From assembly GCA_024626585.2 (NCBI GenBank), contig JANKJI020000002.1, positions 244,491,386-244,523,280 of the forward strand: a stretch of 31,895 nt of DNA, written 5' to 3'. Shown one piece after another: positions 11,701 to 23,340 of the stretch. Source of the DNA: Ginkgo biloba (Eukaryota > Plantae > Ginkgophyta). The position numbers and the translations under genes are program-made. Within the stretch, counting starts at the first letter, position 1; each line of letters opens with the position of its first letter. The notes beneath the pieces were generated by a model that did no database searches, was not told where the DNA came from, and saw only the letters and a list, made by a program, of their open reading frames with translations.

Positions 11701-14700
11701 AAGGAACATCTAGAGTATGGAATCATCTATAGGGGAGAAANNNNNNNNNNTTAAAACTTCACTAGCTATCTGACGTCCCATATTCCATATCATATAATAG
11801 GGTTTATTAAAGAATCATAATATTTTGCTTCACCTCTGTAGAATTTGTCTGCTTATGTCCATGTTTTTGTGTTATATAGTAGTGTTGATGAATTTATAAT
11901 GTCCTTAATGTTTCCCATATAGATGTCTTCAAACTCAATTATCTAATTGTAGCCTCCAAATCTATCTCTTGAGCATTCTTACCATAAAAAATATAACTAA
12001 TCATAAATCTCACCGAATTCAACACTCATATGCATGATTATTTCCAATCAAGTATTCATGTTAGCATCTCTAAAGGATCTAAACTTTCCTGCTCTTTGGG
12101 AGGTGAGATGTTACAAGGAGAGTTGGAAAACATGAGCACAAGGATGTCTCTTCCATAGAATTGAATACAATGTTGATGAGTAATGGAGATAGAGTTTGCA
12201 CGAATGCTCTTCTAACAATCCAAGATAATCTCTCTCATGTATATCTCAAAATTTGATGCATCGATTGCAAGCTTCTTCAAAAAACAATATTTGCATCTTA
12301 CTTGGAAGCGATGGATGAATCTGCTTCCTTTGAGTTCTCTGCTCTTTTGGTGGGGCAAATGTGGAGAGGGAAGACTCACCTTTTCATAGGGATTTTCCTT
12401 TATCTCTCAATTTTGGTGAAAACACATATCTTAGCAAGGAGGAGTATGACTAAGTCCTTTTCATGAGAGACATTGAATTTCTTTTGAGGTGTGCAAAGCT
12501 ACGACGAATCAAGATCATATGTCAGTTGCAGCATGGCCAAATGAGATACTGTTTCCACATTGGAATACATAGATGACGTATGCCAAACATGCTTCTCACC
12601 CCATACCTGTTTGCTTCTTACTCCTTTTGGAAGAAAAAATTGACATGTGGATCGATAGAACCTTGAAAGAAGTTCTTAACTATGCTATAGAAGAGATAAA
12701 GATTTGATCAAGAAAATGTATTTGTTTTTGATGTGAGTAGGATTGCCATCTAAAAATCATCCTTATGATTGAAGAGAAGATTCAACAAATTGATGAAACA
12801 CTTCCAAGCATAGATAAAGGGCGGCCGTAAAGGCTCTCATAAATCTTTGGAGGATTGTGGTCGATCTCATTACTTAGATTATCTTTTTATGCTTGTACCA
12901 CAATACATTGGAGATGAGTGTTAGAGGATGCCTCAACTACCTTTTGGGTACTTCACTATAAGGAGGCAAGAGGTAGTCGAAGAAAAGGCTCCTGAGATGG
13001 CTAACCAACTTGTGTAGAACAAGATGCCAGGTGGCAAGTGGGAGACTGGTCATGATTAAGTAGAGTCCACCTTGGAGACTAGATGCAAGGGGAACCCCGA
13101 CTCAACAACTAGATTGAGAAGTGATTAGTTTAAACCTAAGTCACTAGGTTCGAGTTCGACAAGCAAAAAATCTGACAAAAATAGCAAGGTCCANNNNNNN
13201 NNNNNNNNNNNNNNNNNNNNNNNNNNNNNNNNNAAACAATTTTTTTTTTATTAGACATTCATATTTTTGAAAAAGTGAACATACAAGGAGAATTTTGAAC
13301 ATCAAAACAGGCATAGAATTGACCAACACCTTTGACAAAAATTCATATTTTCATATTATTTTATGTTTTAACATACGCTGAACCTAAATATCCCATTGTT
13401 AGAGAATTAAGCAAGACCTTATGTGTAGACGTTAGTTTAGAANNNNNNNNNNNNNNNNNNNNNNNNNNNNNNNNNNNNNNNNNNNNGAGTACTTTTAAAA
13501 TTGTGTGTTCTATGGTATTGAAGGAATGTTTCGTTGTGTATTGAAAAAAAGGCAGTGACAAGTGTTTTACATAGAAAAATCATAAGAGTTTTAACATCAT
13601 AAGTTCTGGCCATATGCATAAATAATAAATATCTATTGAACCCACTAATCTTATAAACACAAATTAAAAAAATAAATAAAACAGATTTAAAATAATAAAG
13701 TAATATATAACTGATATTGAGATTTATAGAAGCTTCTTGTAGGGAACTGTTTCAATCTTAGAATTTACTGTGGAAACGAGTTACATTTTCATGCGAAACT
13801 CGTTTTTGGTAACTATGATTTGTATTCCTAGGGAGGAGTAGTCGATATGTGTTCCTTGGTAGCAGTGCTGTATGTAGTGCTTCTCCAAGGGGTGATGGCA
13901 AAGTTACCAGGATCTGCCTAAGCAGACCGTGGTTCCGTACCTAATGCAACATAGGAGTGGGTTCAACCTAGGTACGACCTGAATACAATTTGTGGTTATA
14001 TTCCAATTGCATCCTATACAAGTACAACTAGCAATTGTATCTTGATTGTACACCTACCCCCTGAGGAAAAAATAGGTTGCTCCCCTTCCTTTTAAAAAGT
14101 AAATTCAAAAAAAGGAAAAAGAATAAAATCAAGGAAAAAATGACAAAGCACTTTTTGAAGCATAAACAAACACTATCACCTTCACAAAATTCATAAGTAT
14201 TTTCTTCACTGTTGAGTTTCTCTTAGAGCTTTTGAGTGCAAGTTTGCAACTATGAGCAACAAAATACAAGTATGGATAGCAAGGAGCAATTGGTGTGGGT
14301 AGAAACAATTTTTCCTCTTCTTCTTTCTTTCTCATTTTATTCTTTCTTATGAACATCAAGGTTGATCGATGGCAACTTTAGAAGCATTGGTTGGAGTTTG
14401 CCAAAAGAGAAGGAACTGAAGTAGGCAAAGGTGATGGTCATAATGGGAAGGGTGCCCTATTAAAGNNNNNNNNNNNNNNNNNNNNNNNNNNNNNNNNNNN
14501 NNNNNNNNNNNNNNNNNNNNNNNNNNNNNNNNNNNNNNNNNNNNNNNNNNNNNNNNNNNNNNNNNNNNNNNNNNNNNNNNNNNNNNNNNNNNNNNNNNNN
14601 NNNNNNNNNNNNNNNNNNNNNNNNNNNNNNNNNNNNNNNNNNNNNNNNNNNNNNNNNNNNNNNNNNNNNNNNNNNNNNNNNNNNNNNNNNNNNNNNNNNN

Positions 14701-17700
14701 NNNNNNNNNNNNNNNNNNNNNNNNNNNNNNNNNNNNNNNNNNNNNNNNNNNNNNNNNNNNNNNNNNNNNNNNNNNNNNNNNNNNNNNNNNNNNNNNNNNN
14801 NNNNNNNNNNNNNNNNNNNNNNNNNNNNNNNNNNNNNNNNNNNNNNNNNNNNNNNNNNNNNNNNNNNNNNNNNNNNNNNNNNNNNNNNNNNNNNNNNNNN
14901 NNNNNNNNNNNNNNNNNNNNNNNNNNNNNNNNNNNNNNNNNNNNNNNNNNNNNNNNNNNNNNNNNNNNNNNNNNNNNNNNNNNNNNNNNNNNNNNNNNNN
15001 NNNNNNNNNNNNNNNNNNNNNNNNNNNNNNNNNNNNNNNNNNNNNNNNNNNNNNNNNNNNNNNNNNNNNNNNNNNNNNNNNNNNNNNNNNNNNNNNNNNN
15101 NNNNNNNNNNNNNNNNNNNNNNNNNNNNNNNNNNNNNNNNNNNNNNNNNNNNNNNNNNNNNNNNNNNNNNNNNNNNNNNNNNNNNNNNNNNNNNNNNNNN
15201 NNNNNNNNNNNNNNNNNNNNNNNNNNNNNNNNNNNNNNNNNNNNNNNNNNNNNNNNNNNNNNNNNNNNNNNNNNNNNNNNNNNNNNNNNNNNNNNNNNNN
15301 NNNNNNNNNNNNNNNNNNNNNNNNNNNNNNNNNNNNNNNNNNNNNNNNNNNNNNNNNNNNNNNNNNNNNNNNNNNNNNNNNNNNNNNNNNNNNNNNNNNN
15401 NNNNNNNNNNNNNNNNNNNNNNNNNNNNNNNNNNNNNNNNNNNNNNNNNNTGCATCAATAGCCAAACCTTTGATGGCATCCTTGTGCACATTGTCAATGC
15501 CTAGCAGCTATTACTAATCCGCTAGACTCTATCCATCAACTTGATGTCAATAAGGGTGCTAGGCCATGAGTGTCATTTCAACGCCTTTTTAGCACAAAGG
15601 TCATCCTTAGTAGGGTTCCACCCTTAATTGGTAGTTACTTATTTATTTTAATTTCGAGTACCTTTCTATGAGTACTTTCCAACCCATTTATATTAATTTA
15701 TGGTACCATGACTGATAGTTCAGTGTGTATCTTTTCAACATGATAGTCACCTAAGGCTAAAACTGTGATTAACATTTCAATCATATGTTTTCAATGTGAC
15801 GACAATCGCCTAGGGTGTCTTTTAGCTTGCATGGCTAATAGAACTAAGGGTTATCCTTTCAACTCAATAACCAACCAACCATGAGGGCTAATAGACTATG
15901 GGGTGTCCTTTCAACTTGATAGCTCTCCTCTCCGAGTATCCTTCAACCCACTTCTAGTATTAGTCCATGAATGCATGCAAAATGAAAGGGCTAAACATGT
16001 CATATGATCCTAGTAGGCATCAACTACAGAAACCGTACTACCTTTTAGAGTCCAAACCTTGGGTTTCAACATATGTAGGGAAAAATTGGTTATACGTGGT
16101 AAAGGAAAGGTTTCCTATGTTAATTAATGAGCCCATGCATTATGAAAAGCATTTATAGCATCAATTGAACCATAAATAGTCTCTAGAAGGTGACGCCCTA
16201 CTCTTTATGTGCTAATCGTGAATGAAGATCATTTTAGCTAATCTATATTAATTTTGACACACAATGTTTATATTAATTTACTAAATAAGTTTTCTATTAA
16301 TTTATAGTTATATGAAATAACTTCTATAGAGTTAGGGTTTCTAAATACTCATGCATTCAAGGGACTCACCCAGTCAAAACACTCCAACTGAAGATGTTGG
16401 ATGCAACTATGGACAAAAGCGCCTTGCCTTCAGGGTTGCAAGTGAAGCACTATGTAACTCAGTCTCTATCGGGTCTAAAAACAACGTAAAACATAATGCT
16501 CCTTGAATGCATGTGCATCTTTCTAGTTCAATAGGAGATACAAGTAGTTGCTACAACCTAGATTAAGTCTACAGGGTGAGATGTCACCCCTAAAAAGAAA
16601 CACCCATCTATGTAGATACAAAATATGGATCATATAGGCAACACCTATCCAGACCAATTTAGCTCCTCCAATTCAAAACTCTTCTGCTCCACAAAGAGCA
16701 CCCATCCAGACCACAGAAAATATGAAGCTCAAAGAGAGAAAACTAGCACTCTAACTCAGGTGATAAATTTCCAAGCCATGCCCAAGCCCTTGCGAATTTG
16801 CATTTGAAAGAGAATTGGGATGAAAACCTCTATAGAACAATGTTGTTTGCTGCTAGTGATGCCCTAAACACTAAATGCCCTTCCATCGAGTTGTTTGCCA
16901 TGTTTCATCATCCTATTGGAGGTGCCCTATTAGGGTTAGATTGATGGGCCTTGCTTTGCTTCTCTAACTCTATCAAAATTACTTCTCCATGCAGTGCTAT
17001 CATTAGGTGTGTTACACATGTGTTGGCTTCAATGGTTAACATTCTTTCCTTTTTCGAAGATGAAATTTGCTTGGATTGATCAACCTTTAATAATTTACAA
17101 CCACCACCATGCACAAACCATGTACTATTTGCATGCGAAGGTGGAATTGTTCAAAGCATGATGAGGCATGATTTACTTCTCATTTCATGCTCCTACATCT
17201 ATTACTTTAGGTATGAGGGACCCCGAGTGCCATAGTTATCAACATTTGGGCTAGAGGCAATTCACTTCAAGCATTGTGTAACCAGGATATTGGGAATTAG
17301 CATATTCTTGTATTAGGAGATCACATTTGACTCCTACATAATGTAATTTGTAAATTTAAGCAATAGTGTCTGATGGCATGCACCCCCATAAGTGTACAAT
17401 TTTGCTCCTTNNNNNNNNNNNNNNNNNNNNNNNNNNNNNNNNNNNNNNNNNNNNNNNNNNNNNNNNNNNNNNNNNNNNNNNNNNNNNNNNNNNNNNNNNN
17501 NNNNNNNNNNTCATAATTAGTGAATCATTTCATTGCATTAAAAACATATTATGTTCATTCCATGAGGTGAGTTCTTTTCATTCCATGTGGCACCCATTGA
17601 CACTCATTCAATCTTGGCAAACAGAATCAAGGAAAAGGTATGAGAATAATTATTATTCTGCATGGATTTTTCCATTACAGAATGAACATTAGAAATTGGA

Positions 17701-19669
17701 CCCACCAGACAAAGTCTTTACACTGGACGAACACTTCTGACACTCTGTACATTTGTCACATGATAGCAGATGCTCATGGTGCATGTTAGACCATCTTACC
17801 TAGTTTGTTATAAGTACCAGCTAATTGTTTCAGAAGCCCTAAGGTTCTGCGATTAACTGCTTTTTGTTCTTCAGCTCAGAAATCAGCCTTTCAATCTGAA
17901 CTATATGTGGACGGAAACTTGATGCCCCATTAATGCAAGGCATCTTTCATATATGCCAATCTTTAATGAGAAACGTTCTGAGCAGTATCTTGATCCATAG
18001 AGGAGTTCAGGTGTAGAAGACCAGCAATGCAAGACTTAAATGGTGGATGCATTCCTTTCAATATATTCTTATATATATAACATGCTTCAAAATTTCAAAA
18101 TATGGCAGATTTACTAGTGACCAAGATGTAATCTACAATACACAGTTTTTAAGAGTATTGAAACATTTCAAATATAGCAGAGTTCAAGACATGTCAACTC
18201 GTGCCAGGTTTTGCCATGCATTTCAGGTATGACCAAACAGAGTGGTTTTAACGTGGGCATAACTTCCATTGACAACTTTGAAATGTGCTACAACAACTAG
18301 GTAATTTCTTATACTATGCCTCTTGAATGGTTATATTTCTCTGAAAACATAAAAGCTGAAACAAAATCAATGCATCAAGCAATTACCATAAAGTTAAATA
18401 TTAATAGATTCTGTACTTTCCAGGTGACAAGATAATACAAAATCCCAACACTGATTCCATGGTTGCTACCCAAATAACTGCTGAACTCACGCTATAACCA
18501 GTACAATTGAAAACATTCAGACGACTTGCAGTACAAACACTCCAGGGCTAGAACTCATTTTCTAAAAATGCAAGAGTGTGGATGTAACAACTATACCAAA
18601 TTATGTATATGGAAATAATTTTGGATTTCNNNNNNNNNNNNNNNNNNNNNNNNNNNNNNNNNNNNNNNNNNNNNNNNNNNNNNNNNNNNNNNNNNNNNNN
18701 NNNNNNNNNNNNNNNNNNNNNNNNNNNNNCCTGATTATTACAAGAAATTGAAATTAGCATCGGGATAAAGTACAGCCCAGCCAGAGATCTTTGAATAGAT
18801 TATGATGTGTTCCATAGGGAAATAAGAACAGTCAAAAGCAAGACAATGGATTGATTCTCTCCACCATGATTGAGGAACACAGGTTTGTTTTTGGTTCTTG
18901 TATGTTTTTTACAAAGTTGATGCTAGAGCTTTCAATTGCCAAGGAGTTTGTGTTGTTCAACAGAGTTGCATATGCAGATACATTGCCATCAGTACTTGCC
19001 CATTCATGTTCGCATTTGTTTTAAGGACATTGTTGAGTGTAGATAACAACTTTATTTCAAGAACTTGCCATTCACCATTATGCTTGAAGATTGGGAAGTA
19101 CTTGTTACAGGACATTCACTCCTGGGTCTTTGGCACCCTCGTGATCTCCTTTGCAATAGGAAATACTTAATTCATGATACCACTGTTCTCTTCTCAAGTG
19201 ATCTTAGATATCTCCCTGTTGATGCTTGCTTTTAAACTGGGTGGGAACCACACATGAAGATTTGTGTCATCTGCAATACATGAGTTTGCAGGTGGATTTC
19301 TTTACAATCATTGTAAAAGGTATTTCATGACCTTTCGCTCTCCTCGTCAAGTTAAACCTATATCTTGGTAAGCTTAATTCTACGTTTATTTCATTATTCA
19401 ATAAAGTTTTATAGGTTGCTTTTATCGTTATTACTCCAAGTTCCTTCCATCTTCTGCAACATGTGTGGTTTGTAGTGTTGTCACAATGAATCTAGGGTAA
19501 AAAAATCTCAATGCGCCATATATTTAAAAGAAATTGCTGTGAAGAAATTCGCTTGCAGTGGAGTTATTTGCAAAATCGCATTTGACTTTCTCTTTACAAT
19601 TATGATCAAACTAGTTCCTTCACAGACCATGTATGTCCTAAAAATGAAATGACCAAATGATGCATTTAC

Positions 19670-19755
19670 CTGTTTGGCTTTCCGCATCTCATATTCTTGT
19701 CTGAATTGCTTAGACTCCTCAGTGTGCTCATAGTATTCACCTTGCATCGCATCCG
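19670..19755 (-). CDS. SYP71: Next internal exon of the SYP71-like syntaxin (linker leading into the SNARE motif)
   Basis: Acceptor attatatAG|CG and donor AAACAG|GTaaat; 86 nt, phase 1 to 0, in frame with the previous exon across a 184-bp intron (19756-19939). Translates (A)DAMQGEYYEHTEESKQFRQEYEMRKAKQ, matching the SYP7 signature ESSQFRQEYEMRKxKQ. Confidence 0.95.
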
Positions 19756-19939
19756 CTATATAATGACAAATGAGTGAGCAATTAGATAATACAAGCGTTG
19801 CAAAGGTTACAATACTTAAGCAGATCAATTTATGAAAGATCCTGAATTCAATTTTTATTGATACATTTGTCATAAAATATAAATTGGAAGATTCAGATTC
19901 AGATAACATTGCATCAAATAACAGGGAAGGTCCCAGCAC

Positions 19940-20108
19940 CTGAAGTTGATGAATCAATCTTAATTTCCATACGAGTAGTTGATGTTTTCCAAGCTCCTGT
20001 TTGCTTCACCCCTGCATTCATTCCGTCTGGTACTGACTCAATTTTTTCTGCCAATGCCAAAACCAGATCACTCCGGGTGGCATGTTCTTCATTTGAAAGC
20101 CCCTTAAC
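19940..20108 (-). CDS. SYP71: Internal exon of a SYP7-family (SYP71-like) Qc-SNARE syntaxin
   Basis: Acceptor tttaacAG|GTT and donor TCAG|GTgctg; 169 nt, phase 0 to 1. Translates VKGLSNEEHATRSDLVLALAEKIESVPDGMNAGVKQTGAWKTSTTRMEIKIDSSTS, matching the recalled plant SYP71 segment VKGLxxEELAARNDLVLALPxRIEAIPDG...W...IKFDS. Not in the ORF track in this frame. The paralog (SYP71/72/73) cannot be resolved. Confidence 0.93.
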
Positions 20109-21469
20109 CTGTTAAACAAACCAGAAATCATTTCCGCAAGCCACTAGATGGTAACAATGTTGAAATCAAAAGAGCCAACATGTTATAGCAGTTGAAGCAA
20201 TCAAATCATGGCAATATTTTCTCTGCTTCCCTACTTCTTTCTCACTTACAAGAATGATACGTATAAAGCAGAAAAGGGATAATAATGCCATACCAGCAAG
20301 ACAGGCTGTACAACAGAACGAAAATGCAAGGTAGCAATAAATAGAAGTTAGAAAACTGTTACGAGCTCAAAGACTTTGGGATTCCTAGATTTAGATTAAA
20401 GATTTCTTTGTTAAGAAGTTAATGATCATAAAACAACATTGTATTGGTAGTTCTTCTAGTTATACCTACTAATTGATGCTTAACACTTGCAGTGATGGCA
20501 CAATTGAAGGTAGAAATATAATATTGTGGAAGGACTTGGGGTTTCCTCATCTTAGTGGCTGCTCTATTACTCTCAAGGCCAATTTCCATTGTTATGTACA
20601 ACAGCACATGGGCATGATCAGAGATTTGCACCACTTGATGTTACAGCCCAGGACAAAACAATTCATTCTATAAGGAAAAGACAAAGAGAAACTAAAGATA
20701 TCAGCCCTTGGGGCATGGATTTTCCCCTAGCCAACTTAAAAACATTGTACAGAGCCTTATAAGACTCAAGGCAACAAGCACATACACAGTCTAATGATCC
20801 ATATTTCATATAATGGCATAAGATAGGCTATATGATAGGCTCAACCCATTTATTCTAAGGTTGCCTCATATCGCATATCCAAATCTAGCATTCTAGGGTT
20901 ACCCGTGCATGTCGGCTAATCATAGATTTAGATCATAGAAAGCATGACAAATAACATAAATAAGATGAGGCAATTAATACATACCTTTCTAAGTCAAAAT
21001 CCCTAGTATTTTAGCTTATTTTAGAAGTCATACAAGCTTACCTATTACTAGATCACCTTCGATAGCGTCTCTTCTGCTTAGACGCAGAAAAGATGCAGGA
21101 AGTAGTTCAGTCGCCGGTTTGTTGGGCCTTCCAGCAGCTCCCGGTGTCAAGAAAACCCTTTAATAGGGTTTGGCCTTCATCAAGGACAACAAGGAGGACT
21201 TCTTCTAAAGAAGCCGTAGAAAAGTCGCTAAGAAGCAGTAGTTAGCCTTCTGCCTAATCTAGGCCAGCAAGATAGCGATAAATGCAATTTGATAGGACAA
21301 CCTTCAGCAAGTAGNNNNNNNNNNNNNNNNNNNNNNNNNNNNNNNNNNNNNNNNNNNNNNNNNNNNNNNNNNNNNNNNNNNNNNNNNNNNNNNNNNNNNN
21401 NNNNNNNNNNNNNNGAGGTTGCAAAGCCACCTCGCAGGCTGCGAGATCAACAAAGGGGCTGATATAGAT

Positions 21470-22157
21470 CAAATAGGTTGGTTGAGGGTCAAATGGGTCG
21501 ACAGGTTGACTTTAAAGTCAAATGCTCCTCATCTAGGATTAAAATTGGACCCATTGGACCAACCTCTACATTTGCATTTGTGTCAAAGTTTGTCTGTGTA
21601 AGTAAACACAGGGCCTCATTCTCACACACAAGTTGGAATTTGCCTTTTATTCCAACCTTAACATGTTTACTCAAAGATANNNNNNNNNNNNNNNNNNNNN
21701 NAGGTTGAAAACACATTTGCCTATATCACAAGTCATAAAAGTAACCTTCGTCTTGCATCTTATTAGGCATGCATTAATTCTCTTCTCCTGCATTGGGAGT
21801 CAAAGTTTGCCTTCACACTGAATTAGAGACCCTATTTTAGCATTTGGCCAGCGTTTATTTATTTGCCCTACTTCAGAGACACAAAATTGGGATTCACACT
21901 ACATTTATTACCAAAANNNNNNNNNNNNNNNNNNNNNNNNNNNNNNNNNNNNNNNNNNTTTGACCTGCATTAGGTGACTATGCCCTGCACTAGAAAGCAG
22001 AAAAACAGGATTCGCCCTGTTGCTGTAACAAGGACTGGCAACTGAAGAACTCAACAAGAAGCATCAGATGTAATAGTTCAGTAATGTCTAAAGTACATTT
22101 ATATTAATTTATAATCAGTTGCTATTAAATTATTGATTCATTTTTTATCACACCACA
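21470..22157. repeat. LTR-like repeat, copy 1 of a diverged tandem pair
   Basis: Shares collinear blocks with 22500-23340 (cattggaccaa, cctcattctcacacaca, tactcaaagata, cacatttgc, agtcataaa, ccctattttag, ttgccctactt, gtaacaag, actgaa..actcaa). Ends ttttttatcacaccaca, like an LTR 3' end. Boundaries approximate. Confidence 0.65.
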
Positions 22158-22499
22158 TAAATCCCTGTGATATAAGCAATAGGGCTATTGTACTTTTTGC
22201 ACTCTTACACTTATTTTATCAGTAAGCATACATAAGGAGCATAAATTTATATAGATAAAAATTTGCTATTCCTGAAATTGCCCAATTAGTCTGTATAGTG
22301 CTTTCATTAAGTATGATCGCATGGCCGGATGTTAGGGTTTAATATCCAAAGACAATATATGCCATTTGTAAAACCCTAAGATTACCTTATGATGGCATGA
22401 AAAAAAAAATGCACAAAGCCTTATGGGAGCCTCATGGCCACAAACAAGAGTCTAAGAGGTTTAACTACCACAAAGCAGCCTGCCAGGGCAGATAAGGAG

Positions 22500-23340
22500 T
22501 CGAAATAGATCAAATAGATCAGTTAAGCGTCAAACTCGGTCCAATGTAAGCTAAGAAAAGTCAGCTAGGGTTGAAATTGGGGACATTGGACCAATCTCTG
22601 CATTACTAAATGTGTTAATGTTTTGCCTATATAAAAAGACACAAGTCCTCATTCTCACACACATGTTGGAATATTTATCATGTAGATACTCAAAGATAAT
22701 GTGTCCTGAAAGTTGAAACGCACATTTGCCCTATATCAAAAGTCATAAATTGACCTTTACCTTGCTTTTGCCTGCATCTGGAGTAAAATTTTACCATAGT
22801 AACCAGGTTCTTGCACCCACCCATGTGGGTTCTCGAACCGGGTTCCCAAACCAGGTACGCGAACCCAATTTGGATTCTTGGGGTTATGTTTGGTGTCAAA
22901 ACCATTGTCATAGACTTAAAAATTATCGGATTAAAAATTTTTACAAAAATGCCGCACCCACACACGCAAACCCAATTTTTTAAAATGCCAAACCCGAACG
23001 CGCACCCATACCAGTACCTGTACCCGCACCCACGAATCGTGGTAACCTTGAATTTTACCTTTCTACTACATTAGATGCCCTATTTTAGGGTTTGGCCTCC
23101 ATTTATTAAGGTTGCCCTACTTTAGAGACCAAAAATAAGGGTTTTGCATAGCATTCACAAGCCAAAAACAAGGTTCTTTGTGCATTAGAAGTTTTTGACG
23201 CTATATCAAGGAGGAATTAGGGTTTGCTCACACTATTGTCGTAACAAGAGTTGGAAACTGAAAAACTCAATAAACATTAGATGTAACAATTTGGTAATGG
23301 CTAAACTGTAATTACATTGATTTATAGTTGGTTGTTGGTA
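22500..23340. repeat. LTR-like repeat, copy 2, interrupted by a MITE
   Basis: Same collinear blocks as 21470-22157 in the same orientation; runs into the gap at 23379. Boundaries approximate. Confidence 0.65.
22795..23050. mobile_element. Non-autonomous hAT-type DNA transposon (MITE), 256 bp
   Basis: Perfect 8-bp TSD AATTTTAC at 22787-22794 and 23051-23058. Imperfect TIRs: CATAGTAACCAGGTTC versus CAAGGTTACCACGATTC (reverse complement of the right end). Clustered subterminal (G/C)ACCC, GAACC and TACCC motifs. Absent from the equivalent position in repeat copy 1. Confidence 0.85.

Noticed and set aside
10040-13161. Probable retroelement-derived DNA (also 15451-17410 and 26750-28000)
   Set aside because: Looks like LTR or internal TE sequence, but I found no diagnostic motif, terminus pair or TSD, so it is not called as a feature.
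13857-13867. TGGTAGCAGTG, and the similar minus-strand TGGTAGCAAGTG at 5778-5789, as primer-binding sites
   Set aside because: Neither directly follows a clear LTR-terminal CA and I cannot assign the tRNA from sequence alone.
14356-15497. Long ORFs of 300+ aa (also 23317-24380, 29988-30758 and others)
   Set aside because: Artefacts of translating through N gaps (poly-X).
19508-19957. 149-aa ORF as a standalone gene
   Set aside because: Only 19670-19755 is SYP7-like and it is bounded by AG/GT. The rest is intron read-through from a non-ATG start.
20419-20673. Possible LINE RNase H remnant
   Set aside because: Only a vague resemblance to the PPxGxxKxNFDGA motif; too degenerate to support.
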